64,000 bases of DNA from Paraphysomonas bandaiensis. Lineage: Eukaryota > Protista > Chrysophyceae. The translations under genes were made by a program, and so were the position numbers. The notes beneath the pieces are model-generated. The model worked only from the letters and a program-made list of their open reading frames with translations. It was not told the DNA's origin and searched no databases. Shown one piece after another: positions 62,175-64,000 of this stretch. Where the stretch lies: the NCBI GenBank assembly GCA_965644295.1, contig CBFFRP010000108.1:1-64000 (forward strand), written 5' to 3'. Each line of letters starts with the position of its first letter. The first letter of the stretch is position 1.

Positions 62175-64000
62175 TTATAAATGAAGAAATTGAACAATCA
62201 CAACAGTAACGTTATCACTGCTGCCGAGTCGAATAGCTAATTCACATAGCTCCTCGCAAATGATATCGGCACATTTTCCTTCGCAGAAACCATCCCTAAC
62301 AAATATTATTACACTACACACACATGGGGGCAAACACACACCTCACTCGTCTTACAGCATCTGGGCGTTTCACTACGTCCCACAACCCATCAGACGCAAG
62401 AATAATAAACTCAATGTCTTTTTGAATCTCCACAGTAATGCACTCTGGGTCTGGAATCACAAGGTCGGCGAGAAAGGTCTGGAGCGAGAAGTGCATCAGA
62501 CCAAGTCAACACCATAATTAACCGTAAACATACCCGTGAATGGCCTTCCGGCCAATTAAAAAGTTCAGTAACCTCAACCCCTGGAACGAAACCTTTGTAC
62601 GGCATATCTCCTATAACACAGTCAAAGCTTATGAAGATAAAAATCCGAAGAACAGCAACTAACCTATGGACCTAGATACCGATATTTCACCACAAACGCG
62701 ATATATTTCTGTCCAATCGATGCCACTTGCCTACACCAGTTGTAAATCAACGAAAAAACATGAATCATATCACTGTACTTACCGCATCGACGACATCAGG
62801 ATCATTAAGATCCATACGATGTAAGCGCCCATAATATAACTCTCTATAACAAATACGCGTTATACACTTAACTATCAACAGAAAACACCGTACCTCTCCT
62901 CTGTGACCCATCCATGTGCCGCTTCGATACGAGCCTGCTCGTCCTCACGGTTGGGAGTGTGGCTATTGCTCATACTGACCTAAATCACTTATCACGACAA
63001 GGCTCACACACACTACCAGAGGGCTTACCGCTTCTCCGCCACGACACATTACAGCTTGGGAATCGCCAATGTTGAATACAGTCAATCGTCTGCCACTTTT
63101 GTTAATCACAGCACCTACTGCAGTTGTACCACTGTAGTTTTCATCCTGTCTCGCCCGCATCTGAAATTCAGTCGCCTTAGAAGCAGGAATATTGTACACA
63201 AAGACTCACCAGAAAATGCTTATCCAAGTTGATGCAGGTATCAAATATAGCGGCATCTAGGTTATTCTCGAACTGCGGGTGTCTGTGCAAAGTAAAAACA
63301 TTATGAACACAAATAAATCTCGTAGATACGAACGTGTAGAGGGAGTGGTGCAACGAAGATTGCAAAAACGTGGAGGCCTGTGCGCCAGAGTGTCCATCGT
63401 ATACCGCAAAGAATGCATCATCAACAGAGCAGGGTCGGCCGCAGGTGCGTGGGGGGTCAGAAAGCTCTCTCCATCTAACACCCCTATTCGATCCGTAGAA
63501 AGGAGTATAGCTACCTTCCCTCGCAGCAATTTCCTGCATTTCAACAGACACTGCACCAAAGAGGTCCGGTATCGTAACGTAGCGATCTTCATTACTGGAC
63601 CTGGGTCCCATGCGCGAGCACGACCCGTACAGCCACCTCACACTTCCCTGGAAAGGAGAAGAGAGGGAGCGAGACCGTCGCGTGTCAGACCCTGAGTCAT
63701 CCTCGGGAGAGTCCATGGCGAATATACCACTCCTGCAGTCCAGTCAAAAACATAAATGTACACTCTGTCGAAAGACTCACATCTCATCTGAAGTGGTTCT
63801 ACTTCGTCTCGGTGGGCTTTCAGGGGATGACGAACTGGCCGGCACATCCTCCGCACTGCCTAAGGGAGGAAGATCGTCCACGGAGTGCCACGTGGCTCGA
63901 ACGCCCACGCTTTCATAAGACAACCCCATAGGATTACTTTCGGGACTACCAGCACTCCCACCCTCTACTTCGTCAAGAAGGCCATGACTGCTTACGCTAC
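62175..64000 (-). CDS. Protein phosphatase 2C (PPM), 5' end outside the window, multi-exon
   Basis: 'GPRSSNEDR', 'FFAVYDGHSG', 'SGTTAVG', 'NIGDSQAV', 'FIILASDGLWDV', 'GSSDNVTVVIV'. Confidence 0.92.

Overview
Gene-dense eukaryotic nuclear DNA with many short (about 45-82 nt) GT-AG introns. It is probably from a flagellated stramenopile; this is inferred from IFT25 and the [12 protein letters not shown]-type H3, and the taxon cannot be verified here. About 21 protein-coding genes can be reconstructed: SCC3 cohesin, an actin-related protein, a potato-I protease inhibitor, a GH30 hydrolase, TRM13, a CDF zinc transporter, a divergent H4/H3 pair with identical 3' stem-loops, ALDH, TAF4-like, an FkbM methyltransferase, CELF, BCKDHA, ATG14-like, a CK1/VRK-like kinase with an FHA-like domain, a cyclin, IFT25, a GT47-like protein, an MFS-Sec14 fusion, a degenerate multicopper-oxidase-like protein, MFSD1-like and a partial PP2C. 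A nested retroelement cluster lies at about 18.4-25.5 kb, and there is a dispersed non-LTR-derived repeat family. Most notable: (1) the ~153-bp tandem array at 27.9-28.9 kb is a frame-perfect array of six 72-nt exons and seven near-identical introns that builds the Q/P-rich N-terminus of TAF4, and the kinase gene shows an older version of the same process; (2) a covarying three-way-junction RNA motif with a GNRA loop is shared by the 3' ends of two otherwise dissimilar retro-insertions, one of them flanked by a 68-bp target-site duplication; (3) the convergent GH30 and TRM13 genes both appear truncated at one junction; (4) the copia integrase is followed by an extra, globular-looking segment. 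All exon models were derived by hand, with no database searches or RNA data.
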